From assembly GCA_043228905.1 (NCBI GenBank), contig JBHGNT010000021.1, positions 8,804,001 through 8,868,000 on the forward strand: a DNA stretch of 64,000 nucleotides. Direction: 5' to 3'. Positions 11,589 to 23,798 of this stretch are shown in pieces (positions within the stretch are counted from its first letter, which is position 1; each line of letters opens with the position of its first letter). Position numbers and translations under genes: made by a program. The notes beneath the pieces were generated by a model that saw nothing but the letters and a program-made list of their open reading frames with translations, made no database searches and was not told the origin of the DNA. Source of the DNA: Azolla caroliniana. Lineage: Eukaryota > Plantae > Polypodiophyta.

Positions 11589-14500
11589 TGTTGGGATTAC
11601 GGTCCCTCCGGATGGGATGGTCAGATGTCCGGGAATCGGGAATGAAGACCCGAATGAGGAGTACCCGGTATCGGAACCGGATGATGAAGACCCCGGCTAC
11701 GGAGCCGGATGATGAAGACCCCGGCTACGGAGCCGGATGACGAATGTACCCGGAGAGAGATCCGGATGCGGGGACATATTTGTGAATATGTTTGCCAAGG
11801 GCCCTCGAGGCTATATTTGTAGATAGCCCGAAAGTCATATGTGTATAAATATGACTTAGGGCAAACAGTTTTGTGGTTGTTGCTCATTTTTCTATTTTCT
11901 TTTTTAGAGGGAGCGAAGTGAGAGCAGCCGAGAGAGAGAGAGAGAGAGAAAGGAAGAGGTCGACGCCTCTGTGTAATACCGCCGCCTGTGGCGAGGACAG
12001 CGAGCTCAAGGTCGTCGCCTTGCAGTTCGCCATTGTACATTCTCTGTGTTTGTGATTTACTTCTGCATTGACTAGTGTTTCCTCGGTTGTGGCCGAGTGG
12101 AGAGGGTTTTGGAAAAGCGTCGATTTCTAACAATCTGGTATCAGAGCGACTGCAGTGCAGAAAATGGAAGGCGGCAGCAGCGGGCAGCCGGGGATGATGG
12201 TGCTGAATGCGCAGAACTACGCCGACTGGAAGATAAAGATGGAGGATCTGCTCATTGTTCGGGACCTGTATGAACCGATCGAAAGGTCGGAAATACCCAA
12301 GGGGGTACTTGAGACGGAATGGAGGCTTCTGAACCGGAAAGCCGTTGCAACCATTCGGCAATACGTCGACGTGAGCGTTCTACAACATGTGGCGAACGAC
12401 ACCAACGCATATGAGATGTGGCAGAAGCTGTCGGGCCTCTACGAGAGGAAGAATGCGTTGAACCGGACCTCCCTGATGAGGAGGATAGCGAACCTCAAGT
12501 ACTGGGACGGCGAGAGTATGGTGGAACACGTAAGCACGTTCATGGGATTCGTGAACCAGCTTGCGGCGATCAAGTTCCCGTTGGAGGATGCAATGCAAGC
12601 CATCATGCTGATGTGTACATTCCCGGAAAGCTGGGAGAACTTGGTGGTGACTCTCAACACCTCCTGCACCGAAGATAACTTGTCCTTACAAACGGTAAAG
12701 ACAAGCATTTTGAACGAAGAAGCGCGTCGGAGAGATAAAGAACCGGCCTCCGATCCGAAGATGCTGCTTACCGAATCGGATCGGGGAAGACAACGGAACC
12801 GGAGTCCGCAAAGACGGGAGAAGTCGGGGACCCGGTCGCAGTCAAGAGGAAGGCCCACATGCTTCCACTGTGGGAAGCCGGGGCACTTCCGAAAGAATTG
12901 TCGGCATTACCGAAAAGACAACGGAGCCGACGACACCGATTCGACGAAGTCTTCGGAACGGAACGGTGCTTACCGGGGAGCCACGGACCGGAATGGTTCG
13001 GATCGGCGAGGGCAGGACCGGAAAGGAACGACGGCACTCGCGGCAAGTGAAGAGGAGATCATGCTCATCACCGAAGAAGGTGAACTAAACATTGCCGGCG
13101 ATGAGACTACCTGGGTGGTCGATTCCGGAGCGTCGTTCCACCTGACCCCGGAAAGAAGATACTTCTCATCCTATACAGCCGGTGAGCATGGCTGCGTTCG
13201 GATGGGAAATGAAGGTACGTGCCGGATTGACGGCATAGGAGACGTGTGGTTGACAACCTCGACCGGATGAAAAATGTTGCTGAAGGATGTCCGACACGTT
13301 CTGGAGGTTCGATTGAACCTGATTTCGGCCGGGAGGCTAGACGACGAAGGCTACACAGGTAGCATCCGAAACTGCGTAATGAAGTTCAGCAAGGGGAGCC
13401 TAATAGTGGCTCGGGCCCGGAAAGTCAACACACTGTACCTTATGAATGCCTGGTTGTGTCCGGAGGAGTTGAACGTGGCAGCCGATACTGCCGGTGAGCT
13501 GTGGCACAAGAGACTGTGCCACATGAGTGAGAAGGGGATGAAGAGGCTTGCAGAAGACAACCTTATTCCAGTGAAGCATGTGCACCTGGAGAAGTGCACC
13601 GATTGCCTGGCCGGTAAACAGAACCGAACCTCCTTCCACTCAAGGCCACCGACGAGACGTAGCGCACCATTGGAGTTGGTGCACACTGACGTGTGTCAAG
13701 TAGAAACGAAGTCACATGGCGGAGCCCAGTACTTCGTGACATTCATTGATGACCACAGCCGGAAGCTGTGGACGGCACAGTTGAAGAAAAAGGACCAAGT
13801 GTTGTGCGTTTTCAAAGAACTCCACGCGAGAGTGGAAAGGGAATCCGGCAAGAAGCTGAAAGCGATACGAGCGGATAACGGAGGGGAATACCGGGGGCAG
13901 TTCGAGGAGTACTGTCGCTCGAAGGGAATCCGGCTCAAGTTTACTGTGCCGAAGACGCCGGAACTGAACGGGCTGGCCGAGAGGATGAACCGGACCATAA
14001 TGGAGAGGATCCGGAGTATGCTGGCGCATGCGAAATTACCCAAGGGGTTTTGGGCTGAGGCAATGTCGACGGCGACATACGTGATAAACAGATCACCCTT
14101 AGTACCTTTGGACGGAGACACGCCGCAGAGAGTGTGGACCGGCAGGGAAGTATCCTACCGGCATCTGAAGGTGTTCGGGTGTCTCGCATATGTGCATGTG
14201 GCAAAGGACCGGAGAGGAAAGCTAGATCCAAAGACCCGGCCATGCATATTCCTCGGTTACGGCGATGACGAGTTCGGCTACCGAGTATGGGACCCGGTCG
14301 ACAAAAAGATATTCCGGAGTCGTGATATCATCTTCATGGAGGGCAGGACACTCGCCGACTGGGAGTCGGAGAAGAAGATGAAGAGCTCCAAGTCGACCGG
14401 TGAGGATCAACTCTACGAGGAGTAGTCCCGACCGGCAAGGGACCGGTTAGCACTCGAGGATCCGGCCGAAGACGGTGAAGAAACAGAACCGGCCGAGGAA

Positions 14501-16763
14501 GATGAAACTGATACCGGAACCGGCCCCGATCCCGAAATGGATTCGGATGAAGAGGAAACGGAGGAGCCGGTTACCGAAGCTCCGGAACGGAGATATCCTC
14601 TAAGAGAGAGAAGGGCCCCCCGGAGATTTCCGGAACCAGAGCACGTGCTGCTAACCGACGAGGGGGAGCCGGAGAGTTTTGAAGAAGCAAAGTTTGACAC
14701 CCATAGCCGCAGGTGGTTAAGTGCCATGCAGGAGGAGATGGATTCCCTGCATGAGAACCACACATATGAACTTGTGGAGTTGCCGAAAGGAAAGCGGGCA
14801 CTTCGAAACAAGTGGGTGTTCAAGCTGAAACCGGGAGATGCCGGAAACCCCCCGAGATACAAAGCCAGGATCGTGGTGAAGGGGTTCCAGCAGAAGAAGG
14901 GCGTCGACTTCGACGAGATATTTGCCCCGGTAGTGAAGATGACCTCCATCCGGACGGTGCTGAGCATAGCGGCAAGCATGGACCTCGAGGTAGAACAGAT
15001 GGACGTGAAGACGGCATTCCTTCACGGTGACCTCGAAGAAGAGATCTACATGCAGCAACCGGAAGGATTCGAGAAGAAAGGGAAGGAGCACCTGGTATGC
15101 CGGTTGAAGAAGAGCCTTTACGGACTGAAGCAGGCTCCCCGGCAATGGTACCGGAAGTTCGACTCTTTCATGACCGACGAAGGGTACCACAAAACGCAGT
15201 CCGATCACTGCGTGTTTGTGAAGAAGTTCGAAGGAGGAGACTTTCTAATAATCCTCCTGTACGTGGACGACATGTTGATCGTCGGACGGGACCAGGTCAA
15301 GATACGGATGCTAAAGAAAGCGCTTCACCGAACCTTCTCAATGAAGGACCTGGGTCCGGCGAGGCAAATACTAGGGATGCACATCATCCGGGACCGGAAG
15401 AAGAAGCAGTTGTGGCTGTCACAGGAGAAGTACGTGACAAAGGTGCTTCACCGGTTCAACATGTCGGAAGCAAGACCGGTCGGGTCAACCCTCCCGGCAA
15501 ACTGCAGGTTGTCCAGCAAGCAAAGCCCCAAGACAAAGGCTGAGAAGGAGGACATGATGAAAGTACCATATGCCTCTGCCGTCGGAAGCTTGATGTACGC
15601 AATGGTGTGTACAAGACCGGACATAGGATATGCAGTCGGAGTGGTGAGCCGGTACATGAGCAATCCTGGCAAAGAGCACTGGAACGCGGCCAAGTGGATA
15701 CTCCGATACCTGAAGGGCACGACAAACGTGTGCCTCCGATTCGGCTCCGGTAAGCCCGAACTCGACGGCTTTACCGATTCGGATATGTCGGCTGATGCAG
15801 ATACCAGCCGGTCCACATCAGGGTATGTGATGACGTATGCAGGGGGAGCTGTTTCGTGGCAGTCGAGGCTGCAGAGGACGGTTGCGTTGTCGACCACGGA
15901 GGCGGAGTACATGGCGGCTGTTGAAGCCGGCAAGGAAATAATATGGATGAAGGACTTCATTAGAGAGCTCGGTATCCGGCAGGAGGAGTACCGACTCTAC
16001 TGCGACAGTCAGAGTGCCATCCACCTTGCGAAGAATGCGGCCTATCACTCCCGGACGAAGCACATCCAACGAAGATATCACTGGATCCGGGAAAGGATAG
16101 AAGACCAGGAGTTCGTGCTGACGAAGATCCACACGGACGAGAACGGGTCAGATATGATGACCAAAGTGCTCACACCCGACAAGCTGGAAGCGTGCCGGAA
16201 GAGGGTCGGACTGGAAAGACATCCCATGCCGAAGTGAAGGGGGAGTTTGTTGGGATTACGGTCCCTCCGGATGGGATGGTCAGATGTCCGGGAATCGGGA
16301 ATGAAGACCCGAATGAGGAGTACCCGGTATCGGAACCGGATGATGAAGACCCCAGCTACGGAGCCGGATGACGAATGTACCCGGAGAGAGATCCGGATGC
16401 GGGGACATATTTGTGAATATGTTTGCCAAGGGCCCTCGAGGCTATATTTGTAGATAGCCCGAAAGTCATATGTGTATAAATATGACTTAGGGCAAACAGT
16501 TTTGTCGTTGTTGCTCATTTTTCTGTTTTCTTTTTTAGAGGGAGCGAAGTGAGAGCAGCCGAGAGAGAGAGAGAGAGAGAAAGGAAGAGGTCGACGCCTC
16601 TGTGTAATACCGCCGCCTGTGGCGAGGACAGCGAGCTCAAGGTCGTCGCCTTGCAGTTCGCCATTGTACATTCTCTGTGTTTGTGATTTACTTCTGCATT
16701 GACTAGTGTTTCCTCGGTTGTGGTCGAGTGGAGAGGGTTTTGGAAAAGCGTCGATTTCTAACA
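11589..16763 (+). mobile_element. Full-length Copia element A1; LTRs 11589-12132 and 16248-16763; TSD cggtc
   Basis: TG...CA LTRs; PBS tggtatcagagc 12136-47; PPT gaagggggag before 16248; TSD at 11584-88 and 16764-68 inside the RT of element C. Confidence 0.97.
12164..16237 (+). pseudogene. gag-pol: Copia A1 gag-PR-INT-RT-RH polyprotein with two in-frame stops (13268 TGA, 14423 TAG)
   Basis: CFHCGKPGHFRKNC, VVDSGAS, ADNGGEY, YVDDML, STTEAEY, all in one frame; the same codons are TGC and CAG in A2. Confidence 0.95.
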
Positions 16764-17516
16764 CGGTCGTCATTTTCGCGACCGGCGCAAACGTCTCATC
16801 GTAGTCAATGCCGTGTTTCTGTGCGTAGCCCTTTGCCAAGTTAGTCGAGCCTTGTACCGGTTGATCGAGCCATCGGTGTTGTACTTGACCTTGTACACCC
16901 ACCTACACCCGATCGGTTTTACCCCTCTTGGTGCGTCAACCAGGTCCCAGGTCTCGTTCTCCGCCAATGCGTGCATCTCTTCCTCCATCGCGGCACGCCA
17001 ATTCGTGTCTTTAGCCGCTTCTGCGTAGCTCTCTGGCTCACGCACTTCCGCTACACGGGTCATGTACGCATAATGATGCACCATGTACTCGTTGTATTCG
17101 AACCGCAAAACAGGATTCTTCTGGCGGGTAGATCGGCGTAATCTCACATTAGCCGATGTGGAGGCCTTCTCGATCGACGCGGACTTCACCTTTAAAGACC
17201 CGTCACCGGTTCCCTGAGTGTCGGAGTCGCGTCAGTCTAACTCGTTCTTATCCGTGCCGGAATCCGACACCTTCTTCTTCCCTTTCTCTTTGCGCATAAG
17301 CCGTCTCCTCGGCTTCCTGCGCGGGGAATGCACGACCAAGTCTCCACTACTCGCCGACTCTTCATCGGACTGGTCGTACCGACTCATTCGTCCAATCGGT
17401 CCACTTAAACGGAGTGAAATCGGACTCTCTTCGCGGGTCTCGACTTCGGACCAAGACGCGTAGTTGGTTCTGTCGAGCTTCTCTGTTGGAAGTGAGCTCG
17501 CCATGCCTCTATCCAT
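16764..17516 (-). pseudogene. gag-pol: Copia C: first 23 gag codons fused to the INT-RT linker and RT start
   Basis: MDRGMASSLPTEKLDRTNYASWS joined to EVETREE...; then EPESYAEA, WVYKVKY, YDETFAPVAKMTTV. Confidence 0.85.
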
Positions 17517-18131
17517 CGTTCTTCTTGTTCTTCTTCGTCAAGCTGTGTCGGCTGTAGAGAGGTTCTCAAACCTCGCTCTAATACCATGTAAAAAGTAACG
17601 TGCGGAAGCAAGTATGAAGACCGAACAGAAGGAAGAAAACTCAGGTTTAATGGAGAGCTTGAGCTCACGCAGTATACGCGGGAGAGAAAGAGAGTGAGAG
17701 AGAGAGAGAAAACACAAGAACTATATTCAACAAAAAGTACTCAATCTCTATTCACCACTCTATACATATGTGTGTTCAATGAACACTTTTATACAAGTCC
17801 TAGAAGGACTGACCGAAGTACTGACAATACTTCAATGCTCATTAAGAGCTCCTACACTAACTCCCAAATATATTCCTCACGGAATATCTTTCCTAACGGC
17901 CTCCCGGTTTACGCACCGATCCGGCCCTACCTACGCACCGGTCTGCATACCGGTTTACGCACTCGGCCTAATCGATCGGTCCCAACCGATCCGGTCCTCG
18001 GCTTCTTCAGCCGATCCGGCCGATGTTGAGCTTGTCTCTCAACAACCATTAAGTGATTGAAGACTCGGTTGTGGCCGAGCACTATTCCGCATATTTTTTA
18101 CAATCTGGTATCAAAGCATGTTACACAAAAG

Positions 18132-21100
18132 ATGGAAGAATCGTTCAACGGCATTGTCAAGGTCACTGGCTCCAACTACTTAGTGTGGAAGTCGAAGATG
18201 AGGGACATGCTCGTGGTCAAAGATCTCTAGTTGCCGGCTCAGTTCGGGGACAAGAGACCGGACAAGATCGACGCCACGGTGTGGGAGGTAATGCACATGA
18301 AGACAACAACTTACATCCGGTGCTTCATGGACATGAGCCTGTACAGAAAATTCAATGAAGAAAGCAAGGCTCATGAGCTCTAGGAGAAGATCGGCATTAT
18401 GATTCAGAACCAAAATGTTGTTAATCGGGTTTCGATATTTTGGAAGCTAGTGAGGCTCCGGTACCAAGACGGCTCCAGTATGGCGGAGCACATGAATGCC
18501 TTCCAGGGGCTGATTCACCAGGCAACCTCGTTGGAAGTACCTCTCGTTGATGAGGTACTTGCTCTACTCCTGCTTGGTTCCCTCTCGATTAGCTGGGAGA
18601 CGTTAGTTGTCACTTTGGGGAACGCCGAGCCGGAAGGAAAACAATTATCCCTAGCAAGAGTCAAGTTGAGCTTGCTAGATGAGGAGGTGTGTCGGAAAGA
18701 CAAGGATATGAACTCCGACTCCAATGCGCTCCTTACCGAATCAGAATGCAGAAGACAAAGGAATTGGAGTCCCCAGAACCGGGAAAAGTCGGGGACACGG
18801 TCAAAGTCAAGGGGAAGGCCTACTTGCTTCTATTGTGGCAAGCCGGGACACTTCCAGAAGAACTGTCGGCAGTTCCGAAAAGATAAGGAAACTGATAGTA
18901 CCGATTCGAAGTGGTCACCGGACCGGAAGGGAACGACGGCAATCGTGGCAAGTGAAGAAGAGTTGATGCTCATCACCGAGGAGAGTGAGTTGAACCTTGC
19001 CGGTGAGAAGACAACGTGGGTAGTCGACTTCGGAGCGTCGTTCCACCTCACCCTGGATCGGAAATGCCTCTCATCCTACGCAGCCAGTGAGCACGATTGT
19101 GTCTGGATGGGGAATGAAGGGACATGCTGAATTATCGGCATAGGAGATGTGTTGTTGACGACATTAACCAAATGCAAGTTGCTGTTGAAGAATGTCCGAC
19201 ACGTTCCGGAGGTTCGACTGAACCTGATATCAGCTGATCGGCTAGATGATGAAGGCTACACAGGTAGCATCCGGAACGATGTCATGAAGTTCTTCAAAGG
19301 GAACCTAATAGTGGCTCGGGCCCGGAAAGTCAACACGATGTATCTAATGAATGCCTGGTTATGCCGGGAAGATGTAAACATGGCATCCGACACTGTTGGT
19401 GAGCTCTAGCACAAGAGACTGTGTCACATGAGCGAGAAGGGGATGAGGAGGCTTGCCGATGACAACCTCATTCCGGTGAAGGATGTGCATCTTGAGAGGT
19501 GCACCGACTGCCTGGACGGTAAGCAAAACCGGACCTCCTTCCGATCAAGGCCACTGATGAGACGTAATGCACCACTAGAGCTGGTGCATACCGATGTGTG
19601 TGAAGTGGACACGAAGTCACATGCCAGATCACAATACTTTGTGACGTTCATAGATGACCACAACCGGAAGCTGTCGGCCACACCTCTGAAGACAAAGGAT
19701 CAGGTGTTATCCGTCTTCGAGGAGCTCCACACGAGAGTGGAAAGAGAAATGGGTTGGAAGTTGAAGGCAGTTCGAGCAGATAACGGAGGCAAATACCGGG
19801 GGCAGTTTGAGGAGTACTGCCACTCGAAGGGAATCCGGCTCGAATTTACTGTGCTGAAGACGCCGGAACTAAACGGGTTGGCCGAGAAGATGAAGCAGAC
19901 CATAATGGAGAAGGTCCAGAGTATGCTGGCACATGCCAAGTTACCCAAGACGTTTTGGGCTGAGGTGCTGATGACAACGACGTACGTGATAAACAGATCA
20001 CCCTCAATGCCCTCGGACGGAGACACGCTACAAAGAGTGTGGATTGGTAAGGAAGTGCCTTACCGGCATCTGAAGGTGTTCGGGTGTCTCACTTACGTGC
20101 ATGTTGCAAAGGACCAGAGAGCAAAGTTGGGTCCCAAGTTCCAACCTTGCGTATTCCTCGGATACGGCGATGATGAGTTCGGCTACCGAGTGTGGGATCC
20201 GGTCGACAAGAAGGTTTTCCAGAGTCGAGATATTATCTTCATGGAGGACAAGACCCTTGCCGACTGGGAGTCAGAGAAGAAGATAATGAACTCCGAGTCA
20301 ATCGGTAAGGATTAGTTCGATGAGATTCAGACCTACCCAGCTAAGAGCTGGTTGACACTCAAGAACCGGCCGGTTACGGTGAGGATACCGAACCGGCAGA
20401 AGAAGAAGAAGAGGAAGTTGAAACCGGAACCGGCCAAGACCCCGAATTGGATTCGGATGAAAAACAAACAGAGGAGCCGGTTGCCGAAAGCCAAAACGGA
20501 GATATCCTCTCAGAGAGAGAAGGGGCCCCAGAGATTTTCGGATCTAGAGCATGTGTTGCTAACCGATGAAGGGAAGCCGGAAAGCTTCAAAGAAGCAAAG
20601 GAGGACACCCACAACCGCAAGTGGTTAAGTGCCATGCAGGACGAGATGGATTCCCTACATGAGAACCACACTTATGAATTGGTGGAGTTGCCAAAAGGAA
20701 AGCAGGCACTTCGAAACAAGTGGGTGTACAAACTAAAACCGGGAGATGCCGGTAACCCCCGAGATACAAAGCCAGGATCTTGGTGAAGGGGTTCCAACAG
20801 AAGAAGGGCGTGGACTTCGACGAGATATTTTCCCTGGTAGTAAAGATGACTTCCATTCGGACGGTGCTAAGCATAGTGGCAAGCATGGACCTCGAGGTAG
20901 AGCAGTTAGACGTGAAGATGGCATTCCTCCACGGCGACCTCAAAGAGGAGATCTACATGCAGCAACCGGAGGTATTTGTGAAGAAAGGGAAGGAGCACCT
21001 AGTTTTCCGGTTGAAGAAGAGCCTCTATGGTTTGAAGCAGGCTCCCCGGCAATGGTACCGGAAGTTCGACTCCTTCATCATCGATCAAGGGTACCACAAG

Positions 21101-21342
21101 ACGCAGGCCGATCACTGTGTATTTGTGAAGAAGTTCGAAGGTGGGGACTTCTTGATACTCCTCCTGTACGTGGACGACATGTTGATCGTCGGACGAGACC
21201 AAGTCAAGATACGGATGCTGAAGAAGGCTCTGAACCGGACCTTCTCAATGAAAGACTTGGGTCCGGCAAGATAGATATTGGGGATGCACATCATCCCGGA
21301 CCGGTCGAAGAAGCTATTGTGGCTGCCACAAGAAAAGTACAT
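18132..21342 (+). pseudogene. gag-pol: Copia A' gag-PR-INT-RT, multiple stops and frameshifts
   Basis: CFYCGKPGHFQKNC, ELVHTDVC, SLYGLKQAPRQW, YVDDML. Confidence 0.92.
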
Positions 21343-23798
21343 TGTTGCGTTGCTACGCGCGTGCGTGGAGAAGGGCGGGACCACGGGGGTCTTGGACTAA
21401 GGAGTAGAGGAGAAGGAATCGGACATTGAATGGAAGCTTTGCTCAAGAAGAAGAAGAATGAACAAGAGATTAGATCGAACAAGAGGAAGATGGAGACAAG
21501 ATGATCAACAAGATGTATTAAAACGAAATGAACGATTACAAAATGGTGGCCGCATAGGCCGCACCAAACGACTACAAAATGGTGGCTGCATAGGCCGCAC
21601 CAAACGACTACTCGAAACCCTAACCGACAAAGATGAAGATAAAGATAAAGAAACCCTAACCCTAATGCTCGACCTATGTGGTATACCTCGCACACTCAAA
21701 ATAGGCAACCCTCACAATGGTGCCTTCCCTCTCCTTTTATAGCACAAGGGGGGAAGACCGTTTACAAAAACGAGACTAAAATATCCCCTTTTATTCAAAG
21801 GGGATATTTGCCTTGATTTGGGGAGGGTGAGATTGATGGCCCCTTAACTCCCACCTCCTCACAAACAACTAGGTACCTATGTACCGCATAGTACCTCTCT
21901 CTCTCTCTCTCGCGTGGATGTGCGCACAAGACCACATCGCCTTTATACCTTAGGGATCTTTATGGGGCATTTCTAGCACCATACCCTTTTCCCCTATTAT
22001 TATTACATATACATTATGTAGGTGTGCAACGTTGCACATCGCTCTTTGGCTCTCGTTGCTCGGGTTTCCGCTCGTGGACGAAAATCTTCACGACATCCGC
22101 CCCCACCTAACCGCACATCCACCGGTATGTGCCAAAACATAGGGGAGAGAACACGAGATTTTCGGCCACGACGACCGGCCGAGTCCTTAGCGCCCTCGTG
22201 GGCCCGCCCGGTTTTGTCCTCCACTTCGAGCAAGACCATCCCGTCCACACGAACCACCGCCGCCTTCCGGTCCACCATCCTCGCCGAATGGTCTCGAACC
22301 GTCGGCGCCATCCGATCCGCCACATTCGACGATGTTCGCCGAGTCGTTGCCTCCACCCGATCCGCCATGTCCACCGTGGGTCCTTGAACCACCGACTACA
22401 TCCGACCCGCCGTATCCGATGCCCGTGCTTTCCTCCCTGTTTGGTCCTCCCGAACGCCGTCGCCGACCCGGTTGCTCTTCCTTTGTCTGCCTCGTATATC
22501 CTCCGGATGCACTCCCGGTCGCATGCCGGATTCCGCCCTTTGCGTGCCGCACACCTCGGCGTGCCGATTCTCACCGCTCCGCGCTTGCCTTCCGTAGGCT
22601 TTCCCTGTTGTTCGCCGTGCTCTCTCGCGGTAGAGCATACTGTCATCCCGACCTCCGTGTCGGTGTCCGTCGAGGCTCTCGTTACTGCTTCGCCTCGACT
22701 TGCGCCCTCTTGGCTCGCTTGGCCTTGCATGCCCTCCGGGAAGCCGCGCTTCCTCTTCCCGGCGCGTAGCCCGTTGCTCTCCGCGCACCTTCTTCGGTTC
22801 TCAAGACACGACTCTCCGCTCATGCCGATCACGCTCGGTCCATGTCATCGGTCTTGGTGTTTCGCCGCGCCATCCTTCGTCCCGCGCTTGCCACTCGAAG
22901 GCTTGACCCGACCGTCATCGTCGGTCAATCGTTGTCGCCCATCCGCCGTATGCATGCTTGTGTCTTGGCCCTCCACCGGCCGTATTGCATGCGTCTCGTG
23001 TCGCGCTTCCGCCGTAGACCCGATCTCTGCGTCGGTCTCCAACTCCTCGCCGCCACCCACCGTTTCCTCGTTCTCCTTTCGATCCGCGACCGTCGATGCC
23101 TCACGGGTAGGTGTGGAGGGTTCCTCCCACTCTCGGTCCACCACCGAGTCCTCGCCTCTCAAAGGCTCAATTGGTCCACCGTTTCCGGTCACTCGTTGAT
23201 GCTCTCTCGGATGCATGCTCGTTCTTGGGCCCTTCACCGACCGTAGTGCATGCTTCGTGTTACGCCCTTCATCCGCCGTAGACCCGACCTCCGCGTCGGC
23301 CACTTCTTCCTTTGTCACCGTAGCCCGTTCCGACCCGAGCTCGCCATCTTGGACCCGCTCGTCCATCATCTCCTACCGGATACCCGCTCCGATAACTTTG
23401 TCCGCTTCGGCCTCCGACTCCTTGCCACCACCCGCTGTCTCTCCGGTCTCACGTTGATCCGCAACCGCCGAAGTCTCTAGAATGGGTGTGGAAGGTCCCT
23501 CTCGCTCTCGGTCTTCTAGCAAGCCGTGATCACCGTGCCCACTAGGCCTCCTCAATACGCTCACCGGCTCTCGTCGCGTGTTGTGACCCGTCCTCCCCGA
23601 TCTCCAATCATGCCGACTTAGCCTTCGCCCAAATCGGTCTCGGCCGATCGAGTTTCGGTTTGGTCGGCTCCCTTCCGTAATCGTAACCGGCCGGTACATG
23701 TTTGTCCGCGCAAATCCGGCCTTGCCAGTTTTTCTTCGGTTTGGGCCCGGTTGACCGGACCCCGCTTCATTCTTCTTCCGCTCCACCTCCCGGTCGGG

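Larger units (their letters stand above)
9353..18044 (-). mobile_element. Copia element C (B-related), internally deleted; LTRs 9353-9810 and 17587-18044; flanks accat
   Basis: 458-bp LTR pair with about a dozen differences by eye; PBS (reverse complement gctctaatacca) 17575-86; PPT 9811-22; interrupted by element A1. Confidence 0.92.

Noticed and set aside
13268-14425. Programmed stop readthrough in A1
   Set aside because: A2 has sense codons (TGC, CAG) at these sites and a different stop at 57862, so these are copy-specific mutations.
14413-15960. Antisense ORFs over Copia pol
   Set aside because: These are shadow frames of the biased sense-strand codon usage.
22003-23790. Overlapping ORFs on both strands inside J
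   Set aside because: GC-rich degenerate repeats give long ORFs by chance; no motifs were recognised.
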